The position numbers and the translations under genes were made by a program. The notes beneath the pieces were generated by a model. It searched no databases. It worked only from the letters and a program-made list of their open reading frames with translations, and was not told the origin of the DNA. From Eimeria praecox (taxonomy: Eukaryota), in NCBI GenBank assembly GCA_963920595.1, contig OY986949.1, forward strand, positions 3,596,001 through 3,660,000: a stretch of DNA of 64,000 nt. The letters run 5' to 3'. Shown here piece after piece: positions 37,101 to 52,100 of the stretch (the first letter of the stretch is position 1; each line of letters begins with the position of its first letter).

Positions 37101-40100
37101 ACACCAAAGTAAGCCAGCGACCCTGATAAGGGCATACCTCTCTCCAAACCAACAGCCATAATCTATTCCCAAAAATACCAGCAGGTCACTATCTACCATG
37201 CATCTCCGCCACATTGCCGCACTCCCCACACATTCAAGTCCTGCGCTTCCATCGGCCACCAAATAATTTACGCCTATGGAACGCCCCACACCAAAACAGC
37301 TTTGTCTATCCTCCGAACGAAACACACAAACACCCGTGGCACCGTCCGTATAGGCACTAACCCCTAACGTGCGCACTGCAACACAACCAGCACCTGCCAA
37401 ACCTCTCTCTCTTTGCGCAGCAGCCGCCTGCCTTGCCACCTCCACAACACCCACTTGCTGCGGTGGCTGAAAACCAACAACAACGTAAGCCAGCGACCCT
37501 GATAAGGGCACGACTCGCTCCAAACCAACAGCCATAATCTATTCCTAAAACCACCAGCAGGTCACTATCTACCATGCATATGCCCCAGATTGGCTCACGC
37601 TTCACACATTCACGTCTTGCGGTTCCATCTAGCAACTACTAATTCAAGCCTATGGAACGCCCCACACCAAAACAGCTTTGTCTATCCTCCGAACAAAACA
37701 CACAAACACCCGTGGCAGCGTCCGTATAGGCACTAACCCCTAACGTGCGCACTGCAACACAACCAGCACCTGCCAAACCTCTCCCTCTTTGCGCAGCAGC
37801 CGCCTGCCCTGCCAACTCCACAACACCCACTTGCTGCGGTGGCTGAAAACCAACAACAACGTAAGCCAGCGACCCTGATAAGGGCACGACTCGCTCCAAA
37901 CCAACAGCCATAATCTATTCCTAAAACCACCAGCAGGTCACTATCTACCATGCATATGCCCCAGATTGGCTCACGCTTCACACATTCACGTCTTGCGGTT
38001 CCATCTAGCAACTACTAATTCAAGCCTATGGAACGCCTCACACCAAAACAGCTTTGCCTATCCTCCGAACAAGACACGCAAACACCACTGGCAGCATCCG
38101 TCCATGCACAACGCCCTCACATGCCATGCATCTGCCCCAGATTGCCGCACTCCAAACCTCTCTCTCTCTTTGCGCAGCAGCCGCCTGCCCTGCCACCTCC
38201 ACAACACCCACTTGCTGTGGTGGCTGAAAATCAACAACAACGTAAGCCAGCGACCCTGCTAAGGGCATGCCTCTCTCCAAACCAACAGCCATAATCTACT
38301 CCCAAAACCACCAGCAGGTCACTATCTGCCATGCATATGCCCCAGATTGCCGCACTCCCCACACATTCAAGCCCTGCGCTTCCATTGGCCTCCTACTAAT
38401 TTACGCCTGTGGAACGCCCCACACCAAAACAGCTTTGCCTATCCTCCGAACAAAACACGCAAACACCACTGGTAGCCTCATTCCATGCACAACGCCCTCA
38501 CGCGCACAATGCAACACAATCAGCACCTGCCAAACCTCCCTGCGCAGGAGCCGCCTACCAAGCCACCTCCGCAACACCCACTTGCTGTGGTCTCTGAAAA
38601 TCAACAACAACGTAAGCCAGCGACCCTGCTAAGGGCAAGCTTCCATCCAAACCAACAGCCATAATCTATTCCCCAAACCACCAGCAGGTCACTATCTACC
38701 ATGCATATGCCCCACATTGCCGCACTGTTCGCACATTCAAGTCCTGCGCTTCCATCGACCACCAAATAATTTACGCCTATGGAACGCCCCACACCAAAAC
38801 AGCTTTGTCTATCCTCCAAACAAAACACACAAACACCACTGGCAGCATCCGTCCATGCACAACGCCCTCACGCGCACGCTGTAACACAACCAGCACCTGC
38901 CAAACCTCTCTCTCTCTGCGCAGGAGCCGCCTACCAAGCCACCTCCACAACACCCACTTGCTGCGGTGGCTGAAAACCAACAACAAAGTAAGCCAGCGAC
39001 CCTGATAAGGGCACGACTCGCTCCAAACCAACAGCCATAATCTATTCCTAAAACCACCAGCAGGTCACTATCTACCATGCATATGCCCCAGATTGGCTCA
39101 CGCTTCACACATTCACGTCTTGCGGTTCCATCTAGCAACTACTAATTCAAGCCTATGGAACGCCCCACACCAAAACAGCTTTGTCTATCCTCCGAACAAA
39201 ACACACAAACACCCGTGGCAGCGTCCGTATAGGCACTAACCCCTAACGTGCGCACTGCAACACAACCAGCACCTGCCAAACCTCTCTCTCTTTGCGCAGC
39301 AGCCGCCTGCCTTGCCACCTCCACAACACCCACTTGCTGCGGTGGCTGAAAACCAACAACAACGTAAGCCAGCGACCCTGATAAGGGCACGACTCGCTCC
39401 AAACCAACAGCCATAATCTATTCCTAAAACCACCAGCAGGTCACTATCTACCATGCATATGCCCCAGATTGGCTCAGGCTTCACACATTCACGTCTTGCG
39501 GTTCCATCTAGCAACTACTAATTCAAGCCTATGGAACGCCCCACACCAAAACAGCTTTGTCTATCCTCCAAACAAAACACACAAACACCCGTGGCAGCGT
39601 CCGTATAGGCACTAACCCCTAACGTGCGCACTGCAACACAACCAGCACCTGCCAAACCTCTCTCTCTTTGCGCAGCAGCCGCCTGCCCTGCCACCTCCAC
39701 AACACCCACTTGCTGTGGTGGCTGAAAATCAACAACAACGTAAGCCAGCGACCCTGATAAGGGCACGACTCGCTCCAAACCAACAGCCATAATCTATTCC
39801 CAAAACCACCAGCAGGTCACTATCTACCATGCATATGCCCCAGATTGGCTCACGCTTCACACATTCACGTCTTGCGGTTCCATCTAGCAACTACTAATTC
39901 AAGCCTATGGAACGCCCCACAGCAAAACAGCTTTGTCTATCCTCCGAACAAAACACACAAACACCCGTGGCAGCGTCCGTATAGGCACTAACCCCTAACG
40001 TGCGCACTGCAACACAACCAGCACCTGCCAAACCTCTCTCTCTTTGCGCAGCAGCCGCCTGCCTTGCCACCTCCACAACACCCACTTGCTGCGGTGGCTG

Positions 40101-43100
40101 AAAACCAACAACAACGTAAGCCAGCGACCCTGATAAGGGCACGACTCGCTCCAAACCAACAGCCATAATCTATTCCTAAAACCACCAGCAGGTCACTATC
40201 TACCATGCATATGCCCCAGATTGGCTCACGCTTCACACATTCACGTCTTGCGGTTCCATCTAGCAACTACTAATTCAAGCCTATGGAACGCCTCACACCA
40301 AAACAGCTTTGCCTATCCTCCGAACAAGACACGCAAACACCACTGGCAGCATCCGTCCATGCACAACGCCCTCACATGCCATGCATCTGCCCCAGATTGC
40401 CGCAGTCCAAACCTCTCTCTCTCTTTGCGCAGCAGCCGCCTGCCCTGCCACCTCCACAACACCCACTTGCTGTGGTGGCTGAAAATCAACAACAACGTAA
40501 GCCAGCGACCCTGATAAGGGCATGCCTCTCTCCAAACCAACAGCCATAATCTATTCCCAAAACCACCAGCAGGTCACTATCTGCCATGCATATGCCCCAG
40601 ATTGCCGCACTCCCCACACATTCAAGCCCTGCGCTTCCATTGGCCTCCTACTAATTTACGCCTGTGGAACGCCCCACACCAAAACAGCTTTGCCTATCCT
40701 CCGAACCAGACACGCAAACACCACTGGTAGCCTCATTCCATGCACAACGCCCTCACGCGCACAATGCAACACAATCAGCACCCGCCAAACCTCCCTGCGC
40801 AGGAGCCGCCTACCAAGCCACCTCCGCAACACCCACTTGCTGTGGTCTCTGAAAATCAACAACAACGTAAGCCAGCGACCCTGCTAAGGGCAAGCTTCCA
40901 TCCAAACCAACAGCCATAATCTATTCCCCACACCACCAGCAGGTCACTATCTACCATGCATATGCCCCACATTGCCGCACTGTTCGCACATTCAAGTCCT
41001 GCGCTTATATCGACCACCAAATAATTTACGCCTATGGAACGCCCCACACCAAAACAGCTTTGTCTATCCTCCAAACAAAACACACAAACACCACTGGCAG
41101 CATCCGTCCATGCACAACGCCCTCACGCGCACGCTGTAACACAACCAGCACCTGCCAAACCTCTCTCTCTCTGCGCAGGAGCCGCCTACCAAGCCACCTC
41201 CACAACACCCACTTGCAGCGGTGGCTGAAAACCAACAACAAAGTAAGCCAGCGACCCTGATAAGGGCATACCTCTCTCCAAACCAACAGCCATAATCTAT
41301 TCCCAAAAATACCAGCAGGTCACTATCTACCATGCATCTCCGCCACATTGCCGCACTCCCCACACATTCAAGTCCTGCGCTTCCATCGACCACCAAATAA
41401 TTTACGCCTATGGAACGCCCCACACCAAAACAGCTTTGTCTATCCTCCGAACAAAACACACAAACACCCGTGGCACCGTCCGTATAGGCACTAACCCCTA
41501 ACGTGCGCACTGCAACACAACCAGCACCTGCCAAACCTCTCTCTCTTTGCGCAGCAGCCGCCTGCCTTGCCACCTCCACAACACCCACTTGCTGCGGTGG
41601 CTGAAAACCAACAACAACGTAAGCCAGCGACCCTGATAAGGGCACGACTCGCTCCAAACCAACAGCCATAATCTATTCCTAAAACCACCAGCAGGTCACT
41701 ATCTACCATGCATATGCCCCAGATTGGCTCACGCTTCACACATTCACGTCTTGCGGTTCCATCTAGCAACTACTAATTCAAGCCTATGGAACGCCCCACA
41801 CCAAAACAGCTTTGTCTATCCTCCGAACAAAACACACAAACACCCGTGGCAGCGTCCGTATAGGCACTAACCCCTAACGTGCGCACTGCAACACAACCAG
41901 CACCTGCCAAACCTCTCTCTCTTTGCGCAGCAGCCGCCTGCCCTGCCAACTCCACAACACCCACTTGCTGCGGTGGCTGAAAACCAACAACAACGTAAGC
42001 CAGCGACCCTGATAAGGGCACGACTCGCTCCAAACCAACAGCCATAATCTATTCCCAAAACCACCAGCAGGTCACTATCTACCATGCATATGCCCCAGAT
42101 TGGCTCACGCTTCACACATTCACGTCTTGCGGTTCCATCTAGCAACTACTAATTCAAGCCTATGGAACGCCTCACACCAAAACAGCTTTGCCTATCCTCC
42201 GAACAAGACACGCAAACACCACTGGCAGCGTCATTCCATGCACAACGCCCTCACATGCCATGCATCTGCCCCAGGTTGCCGCACTCCAAACCTCTCTCTC
42301 TCTCTGCGCAGCAGCCGCCTGCCCGGCCACCTCCACAACACCCACTTGCTGTGGTGGCTGAAAATCAACAACAACGTAAGCCAGCGACCCTGATAAGGGC
42401 ATGCCTCTCTCCAAACCAACAGCCATAATCTATTCCCAAAACCACCAGCAGGTCACTATCTACCATGCATATGCCCCAGATTGCCGCACTCCCCACGCAT
42501 TCAAGCCCTGCGCTTCCATTGGCCTCCTACTAATTTACGCCTGTGGAACGCCCCACACCAAAACAGCTTTGCCTATCCTCCGAACAAAACACGCAAACAC
42601 CACTGGTAGCCTCATTCCATGCACAACGCCCTCACGCGCACAATGCAACACAACCAGCACCCGCCAAACCTCCCTGCGCAGGAGCCGCCTACCAAGCCAC
42701 CTCCGCAACACCCACTTGCTGTGGTCTCTGAAAATCAACAACAACGTAAGCCAGCGACCCTGCTAAGGGCAAGCTTCTATCCAAACCAACAGCCATAATC
42801 TATTCCCCACACCACCAGCAGGTCACTATCTACCATGCATATGCCCCACATTGCCGCACTGTTCGCACATTCAAGTCCTGCGCTTCCATCGACCACCAAA
42901 TAATTTACGCCTATGGAACGCCCCACACCAAAACAGCTTTGTCTATCCTCCAAACAAAACACACAAACACCACTGGCAGCATCCGTCCATGCACAACGCC
43001 CTCACGCGCACGCTGTAACACAACCAGCACCTGCCAAACCTCTCTCTCTCTGCGCAGGAGCCGCCTACCAAGCCACCTCCACAACACCCACTTGCTGCGG

Positions 43101-46100
43101 TGGCTGAAAACCAACAACAACGTAAGCCAGCGACCCTGATAAGGGCATACCTCTCTCCAAACCAACAGCCATAATCTATTCCCAAAAATACCAGCAGGTC
43201 ACTATCTACCATGCATCTCCGCCACATTGCCGCACTCCCCACACATTCAAGTCCTGCGCTTCCATCGACCACCAAATAATTTACGCCTATGGAACGCCCC
43301 ACACCAAAACAGCTTTGTCTATCCTCCGAACAAAACACACAAACACCCGTGGCACCGTCCGTATAGGCACTAACCCCTAACGTGCGCACTGCAACACAAC
43401 CAGCACCTGCCAAACCTCTCTCTCTTTGCGCAGCAGCCGCCTGCCCTGCCAACTCCACAACACCCACTTGCTGCGGTGGCTGAAAACCAACAACAACGTA
43501 AGCCAGCGACCCTGATAAGGGCACGACTCGCTCCAAACCAACAGCCATAATCTATTCCTAAAACCACCAGCAGGTCACTATCTACCATGCATATGCCCCA
43601 GATTGGCTCACGCTTCACACATTCACGTCTTGCGGTTCCATCTAGCAACTACTAATTCAAGCCTATGGAACGCCTCACACCAAAACAGCTTTGCCTATCC
43701 TCCGAACAAGACACGCAAACACCACTGGCAGCGTCATTCCATGCACAACGCCCTCACATGCCATGCATCTGCCCCAGGTTGCCGCACTCCAAACCTCTCT
43801 CTCTCTCTGCGCAGCAGCCGCCTGCCCTGCCACCTCCACAACACCCACTTGCTGTGGTGGCTGAAAATCAACAACAACGTAAGCCAGCGACCCTGATAAG
43901 GGCATGCCTCTCTCCAAACCAACAGCCATAATCTATTCCCAAAACCACCAGCAGGTCACTATCTACCATGCATATGCCCCAGATTGCCGCACTCCCCACA
44001 CATTCAAGCCCTGCGCTTCCATTGGCCTCCTACTAATTTACGCCTGTGGAACGCCCCACACCAAAACAGCTTTGCCTATCCTCCGAACAAAACACGCAAA
44101 CACCACTGGTAGCCTCATTCCATGCACAACGCCCTCACGCGCACAATGCAACACAACCAGCACCCGCCAAACCTCCCTGCGCAGGAGCCGCCTACCAAGC
44201 CACCTCCGCAACACCCACTTGCTGTGGTCTCTGAAAATCAACAACAACGTAAGCCAGCGACCCTGCTAAGGGCAAGCTTCCATCCAAACCAACAGCCATA
44301 ATCTATTCCCAAAACCACCAGCAGGTCACTATCTACCATGCATATGCCCCACATTGCCGCACTGTTCGCACATTCAAGTCCTGCGCTTCCATCGACCACC
44401 AAATAATTTACGCCTATGGAACGCCCCACACCAAAACAGCTTTGTCTATCCTCCAAACAAAACACACAAACACCACTGGCAGCATCCGTCCATGCACAAC
44501 GCCCTCACGCGCACGCTGTAACACAACCAGCACCTGCCAAACCTCTCTCTCTCTGCGCAGGAGCCGCCTACCAAGCCACCTCCACAACACCCACTTGCTG
44601 CGGTGGCTGAAAACCAACAACAACGTAAGCCAGCGACCCTGATAAGGGCATACCTCTCTCCAAACCAACAGCCATAATCTATTCCCAAAAATACCAGCAG
44701 GTCACTATCTACCATGCATCTCCGCCACATTGCCGCACTCCCCACACATTCAAGTCCTGCGCTTCCATCGACCACCAAATAATTTACGCCTATGGAACGC
44801 CCCACACCAAAACAGCTTTGTCTATCCTCCGAACAAAACACACAAACACCCGTGGCAGCGTCCGTATAGGCACTAACCCCTAACGTGCGCACTGCAACAC
44901 AACCAGCACCTGCCAAACCTCTCTCTCTTTGCGCAGCAGCCGCCTGCCCTGCCAACTCCACAACACCCACTTGCTGCGGTGGCTGAAAACCAACAACAAC
45001 GTAAGCCAGCGACCCTGATAAGGGCACGACTCGCTCCAAACCAACAGCCATAATCTATTCCTAAAACCACCAGCAGGTCACTATCTACCATGCATATGCC
45101 CCAGATTGGCTCACGCTTCACACATTCACGTCTTGCGGTTCCATCTAGCAACTACTAATTCAAGCCTATGGAACGCCTCACACCAAAACAGCTTTGCCTA
45201 TCCTCCGAACAAGACACGCAAACACCACTGGCAGCGTCATTCCATGCACAACGCCCTCACATGCCATGCATCTGCCCCAGGTTGCCGCACTCCAAACCTC
45301 TCTCTCTCTCTGCGCAGCAGCCGCCTGCCCTGCCACCTCCACAACACCCACTTGCTGTGGTGGCTGAAAATCAACAACAACGTAAGCCAGCGACCCTGAT
45401 AAGGGCATGCCTCTCTCCAAACCAACAGCCATAATCTATTCCCAAAACCACCAGCAGGTCACTATCTACCATGCATATGCCCCAGATTGCCGCACTCCCC
45501 ACACATTCAAGCCCTGCGCTTCCATTGGCCTCCTACTAATTTACGCCTGTGGAACGCCCCACACCAAAACAGCTTTGCCTATCCTCCGAACAAAACACGC
45601 AAACACCACTGGTAGCCTCATTCCATGCACAACGCCCTCACGCGCACAATGCAACACAACCAGCACCCGCCAAACCTCCCTGCGCAGGAGCCGCCTACCA
45701 AGCCACCTCCGCAACACCCACTTGCTGTGGTCTCTGAAAATCAACAACAACGTAAGCCAGCGACCCTGCTAAGGGCAAGCTTCCATCCAAACCAACAGCC
45801 ATAATCTATTCCCAAAACCACCAGCAGGTCACTATCTACCATGCATATGCCCCACATTGCCGCACTGTTCGCACATTCAAGTCCTGCGCTTCCATCGACC
45901 ACCAAATAATTTACGCCTATGGAACGCCCCACACCAAAACAGCTTTGTCTATCCTCCAAACAAAACACACAAACACCACTGGCAGCATCCGTCCATGCAC
46001 AACGCCCTCACGCGCACGCTGTAACACAACCAGCACCTGCCAAACCTCTCTCTCTCTGCGCAGGAGCCGCCTACCAAGCCACCTCCACAACACCCACTTG

Positions 46101-49100
46101 CTGCGGTGGCTGAAAACCAACAACAACGTAAGCCAGCGACCCTGATAAGGGCATACCTCTCTCCAAACCAACAGCCATAATCTATTCCCAAAAATACCAG
46201 CAGGTCACTATCTACCATGCATCTCCGCCACATTGCCGCACTCCCCACACATTCAAGTCCTGCGCTTCCATCGACCACCAAATAATTTACGCCTATGGAA
46301 CGCCCCACACCAAAACAGCTTTGTCTATCCTCCGAACAAAACACACAAACACCCGTGGCAGCGTCCGTATAGGCACTAACCCCTAACGTGCGCACTGCAA
46401 CACAACCAGCACCTGCCAAACCTCTCTCTCTTTGCGCAGCAGCCGCCTGCCCTGCCAACTCCACAACACCCACTTGCTGCGGTGGCTGAAAACCAACAAC
46501 AACGTAAGCCAGCGACCCTGATAAGGGCACGACTCGCTCCAAACCAACAGCCATAATCTATTCCTAAAACCACCAGCAGGTCACTATCTACCATGCATAT
46601 GCCCCAGATTGGCTCACGCTTCACACATTCACGTCTTGCGGTTCCATCTAGCAACTACTAATTCAAGCCTATGGAACGCCTCACACCAAAACAGCTTTGC
46701 CTATCCTCCGAACAAGACACGCAAACACCACTGGCAGCGTCATTCCATGCACAACGCCCTCACATGCCATGCATCTGCCCCAGGTTGCCGCACTCCAAAC
46801 CTCTCTCTCTCTCTGCGCAGCAGCCGCCTGCCCTGCCACCTCCACAACACCCACTTGCTGTGGTGGCTGAAAATCAACAACAACGTAAGCCAGCGACCCT
46901 GCTAAGGGCATGCCTCTCTCCAAACCAACAGCCATAATCTATTCCCAAAACCACCAGCAGGTCACTATCTGCCGTGCATATGCCCCAGATTGCCGCACTC
47001 CAAACACATTCAAGCCCTGCGCTTCCATTGGCCTCCTACTAATTTACGCCTGTGGAACGCCCCACACCAAAACAGCTTTGCCTATCCTCCGAACGAAACA
47101 CACAAACACCCGTGGCACCGTCCGTATAGGCACTAACCCCTAACGTGCGCACTGCAACACAACCAGCACCTGCCAAACCTCTCTCTCTTTGCGCAGCAGC
47201 CGCCTGCCTTGCCACCTCCGCAACACCCACTTGCTGCGGTGGCTGAAAACCAACAACAACGTAAGCCAGCGACCCTGATAAGGGCATACCTCTCTCCAAA
47301 CCAAGCGGCATAATCTATTCCCAAAACCACCAGCAGGTCACTATCTACCATGCATCTCCGCCACATTGCCGCACTCCCCACACATTCAAGTCCTGCGCTT
47401 CCATCGACCACCAAATAATTTACGCCTATGGAACGCCCCGCACCAAAACAGCTTTGTCTATCCTCCGAACGAAACACACAAACACCCGTGGCAGCGTCCG
47501 TATAGGCACTAACCCCTAACGTGCGCACTGCAACACAACCAGCACCTGCCAAACCTCTCTCTCTTTGCGCAGCAGCCGCCTGCCCTGCCAACTCCACAAC
47601 ACCCACTTGCTGCGGTGGCTGAAAACCAACAACAACGTAAGCCAGCGACCCTGATAAGGGCACGACTCGCTCCAAACCAACAGCCATAATCTATTCCTAA
47701 AACCACCAGCAGGTCACTATCTACCATGCATATGCCCCAGATTGGCTCACGCTTCACACATTCACGTCTTGCGGTTCCATCTAGCAACTACTAATTCAAG
47801 CCTATGGAACGCCTCACACCAAAACAGCTTTGCCTATCCTCCGAACAAGACACGCAAACACCACTGGCAGCGTCATTCCATGCACAACGCCCTCACATGC
47901 CATGCATCTGCCCCAGGTTGCCGCACTCCAAACCTCTCTCTCTCTCTGCGCAGCAGCCGCCTGCCCTGCCACCTCCACAACACCCACTTGCTGTGGTGGC
48001 TGAAAATCAACAACAACGTAAGCCAGCGACCCTGATAAGGGCATGCCTCTCTCCAAACCAACAGCCATAATCTATTCCCAAAACCACCAGCAGGTCACTA
48101 TCTACCATGCATATGCCCCAGATTGCCGCACTCCCCACACATTCAAGCCCTGCGCTTCCATTGGCCTCCTACTAATTTACGCCTGTGGAACGCCCCACAC
48201 CAAAACAGCTTTGCCTATCCTCCGAACAAAACACGCAAACACCACTGGTAGCCTCATTCCATGCACAACGCCCTCACGCGCACAATGCAACACAACCAGC
48301 ACCCGCCAAACCTCCCTGCGCAGGAGCCGCCTACCAAGCCACCTCCGCAACACCCACTTGCTGTGGTCTCTGAAAATCAACAACAACGTAAGCCAGCGAC
48401 CCTGCTAAGGGCAAGCTTCCATCCAAACCAACAGCCATAATCTATTCCCAAAACCACCAGCAGGTCACTATCTACCATGCATATGCCCCACATTGCCGCA
48501 CTGTTCGCACATTCAAGTCCTGCGCTTCCATCGACCACCAAATAATTTACGCCTATGGAACGCCCCACACCAAAACAGCTTTGTCTATCCTCCAAACAAA
48601 ACACACAAACACCACTGGCAGCATCCGTCCATGCACAACGCCCTCACGCGCACGCTGTAACACAACCAGCACCTGCCAAACCTCTCTCTCTCTGCGCAGG
48701 AGCCGCCTACCAAGCCACCTCCACAACACCCACTTGCTGCGGTGGCTGAAAACCAACAACAACGTAAGCCAGCGACCCTGATAAGGGCATACCTCTCTCC
48801 AAACCAACAGCCATAATCTATTCCCAAAAATACCAGCAGGTCACTATCTACCATGCATCTCCGCCACATTGCCGCACTCCCCACACATTCAAGTCCTGCG
48901 CTTCCATCGACCACCAAATAATTTACGCCTATGGAACGCCCCACACCAAAACAGCTTTGTCTATCCTCCGAACAAAACACACAAACACCCGTGGCAGCGT
49001 CCGTATAGGCACTAACCCCTAACGTGCGCACTGCAACACAACCAGCACCTGCCAAACCTCTCTCTCTTTGCGCAGCAGCCGCCTGCCCTGCCAACTCCAC

Positions 49101-52100
49101 AACACCCACTTGCTGCGGTGGCTGAAAACCAACAACAACGTAAGCCAGCGACCCTGATAAGGGCACGACTCGCTCCAAACCAACAGCCATAATCTATTCC
49201 TAAAACCACCAGCAGGTCACTATCTACCATGCATATGCCCCAGATTGGCTCACGCTTCACACATTCACGTCTTGCGGTTCCATCTAGCAACTACTAATTC
49301 AAGCCTATGGAACGCCTCACACCAAAACAGCTTTGCCTATCCTCCGAACAAGACACGCAAACACCACTGGCAGCGTCATTCCATGCACAACGCCCTCACA
49401 TGCCATGCATCTGCCCCAGGTTGCCGCACTCCAAACCTCTCTCTCTCTCTGCGCAGCAGCCGCCTGCCCTGCCACCTCCACAACACCCACTTGCTGTGGT
49501 GGCTGAAAATCAACAACAACGTAAGCCAGCGACCCTGATAAGGGCATGCCTCTCTCCAAACCAACAGCCATAATCTATTCCCAAAACCACCAGCAGGTCA
49601 CTATCTACCATGCATATGCCCCAGATTGCCGCACTCCCCACACATTCAAGCCCTGCGCTTCCATTGGCCTCCTACTAATTTACGCCTGTGGAACGCCCCA
49701 CACCAAAACAGCTTTGCCTATCCTCCGAACAAAACACGCAAACACCACTGGTAGCCTCATTCCATGCACAACGCCCTCACGCGCACAATGCAACACAACC
49801 AGCACCCGCCAAACCTCCCTGCGCAGGAGCCGCCTACCAAGCCACCTCCGCAACACCCACTTGCTGTGGTCTCTGAAAATCAACAACAACGTAAGCCAGC
49901 GACCCTGCTAAGGGCAAGCTTCCATCCAAACCAACAGCCATAATCTATTCCCAAAACCACCAGCAGGTCACTATCTACCATGCATATGCCCCACATTGCC
50001 GCACTGTTCGCACATTCAAGTCCTGCGCTTCCATCGACCACCAAATAATTTACGCCTATGGAACGCCCCACACCAAAACAGCTTTGTCTATCCTCCAAAC
50101 AAAACACACAAACACCACTGGCAGCATCCGTCCATGCACAACGCCCTCACGCGCACGCTGTAACACAACCAGCACCTGCCAAACCTCTCTCTCTCTGCGC
50201 AGGAGCCGCCTACCAAGCCACCTCCACAACACCCACTTGCTGCGGTGGCTGAAAACCAACAACAACGTAAGCCAGCGACCCTGATAAGGGCATACCTCTC
50301 TCCAAACCAACAGCCATAATCTATTCCCAAAAATACCAGCAGGTCACTATCTACCATGCATCTCCGCCACATTGCCGCACTCCCCACACATTCAAGTCCT
50401 GCGCTTCCATCGACCACCAAATAATTTACGCCTATGGAACGCCCCACACCAAAACAGCTTTGTCTATCCTCCGAACAAAACACACAAACACCCGTGGCAG
50501 CGTCCGTATAGGCACTAACCCCTAACGTGCGCACTGCAACACAACCAGCACCTGCCAAACCTCTCTCTCTTTGCGCAGCAGCCGCCTGCCCTGCCAACTC
50601 CACAACACCCACTTGCTGCGGTGGCTGAAAACCAACAACAACGTAAGCCAGCGACCCTGATAAGGGCACGACTCGCTCCAAACCAACAGCCATAATCTAT
50701 TCCTAAAACCACCAGCAGGTCACTATCTACCATGCATATGCCCCAGATTGGCTCACGCTTCACACATTCACGTCTTGCGGTTCCATCTAGCAACTACTAA
50801 TTCAAGCCTATGGAACGCCTCACACCAAAACAGCTTTGCCTATCCTCCGAACAAGACACGCAAACACCACTGGCAGCGTCATTCCATGCACAACGCCCTC
50901 ACATGCCATGCATCTGCCCCAGGTTGCCGCACTCCAAACCTCTCTCTCTCTCTGCGCAGCAGCCGCCTGCCCTGCCACCTCCACAACACCCACTTGCTGT
51001 GGTGGCTGAAAATCAACAACAACGTAAGCCAGCGACCCTGCTAAGGGCATGCCTCTCTCCAAACCAACAGCCATAATCTATTCCCAAAACCACCAGCAGG
51101 TCACTATCTGCCGTGCATATGCCCCAGATTGCCGCACTCCAAACACATTCAAGCCCTGCGCTTCCATTGGCCTCCTACTAATTTACGCCTGTGGAACGCC
51201 CCACACCAAAACAGCTTTGCCTATCCTCCGAACCAGACACGCAAACACCACTGGTAGCCTCATTCCATGCACAACGCCCTCACGCGCACAATGCAACACA
51301 ACCAGCACCCGCCAAACCTCCCTGCGCAGGAGCCGCCTACCAAGCCACCTCCGCAACACCCACTTGCTGTGGTCTCTGAAAATCAACAACAACGTAAGCC
51401 AGCGACCCTGCTAAGGGCAAGCTTCCATCCAAACCAACAGCCATAATCTATTCCCCACACCACCAGCAGGTCACTATCTACCATGCATATGCCCCACATT
51501 GCCGCACTGTTCGCACATTCAAGTCCTGCGCTTCCATCGACCACCAAATAATTTACGCCTATGGAACGCCCCACACCAAAACAGCTTTGTCTATCCTCCA
51601 AACAAAACACACAAACACCTGTGGCAGCGTCCGTCCATGCACAACAACCTGATGCCCACACTCCAACACAACCAGCACCTGCCAAACCTCTCTCTCTCTG
51701 GGCAGGAGCCGCCTACCAAGCCACCTCCACAACACCCACTTGCTGCGGTGGCTGAAAGCCAACAACAAAGTAAGCCAGCGACCCTGATAAGGGCATACCT
51801 CTCTCCAAACCAAGCGGCATAATCTATTCCCAAAAATACCAGCAGGTCACTATCTACCATGCATCTCCGCCACATTGCCGCACTCCCCACACATTCAAGT
51901 CCTGCGCTTCCATCGACCACCAAATAATTTACGCCTATGGAACGCCCCACACCAAAACAGCTTTGTCTATCCTCCAAACAAAACACACAAACACCCGTGG
52001 CAGCGTCCGTATAGGCACTAACCCCTAACGTGCGCACTGCAACACAACCAGCACCTGCCAAACCTCTCTCTCTCTGCGCAGCAGCCGCCTGCCCTGCCAC

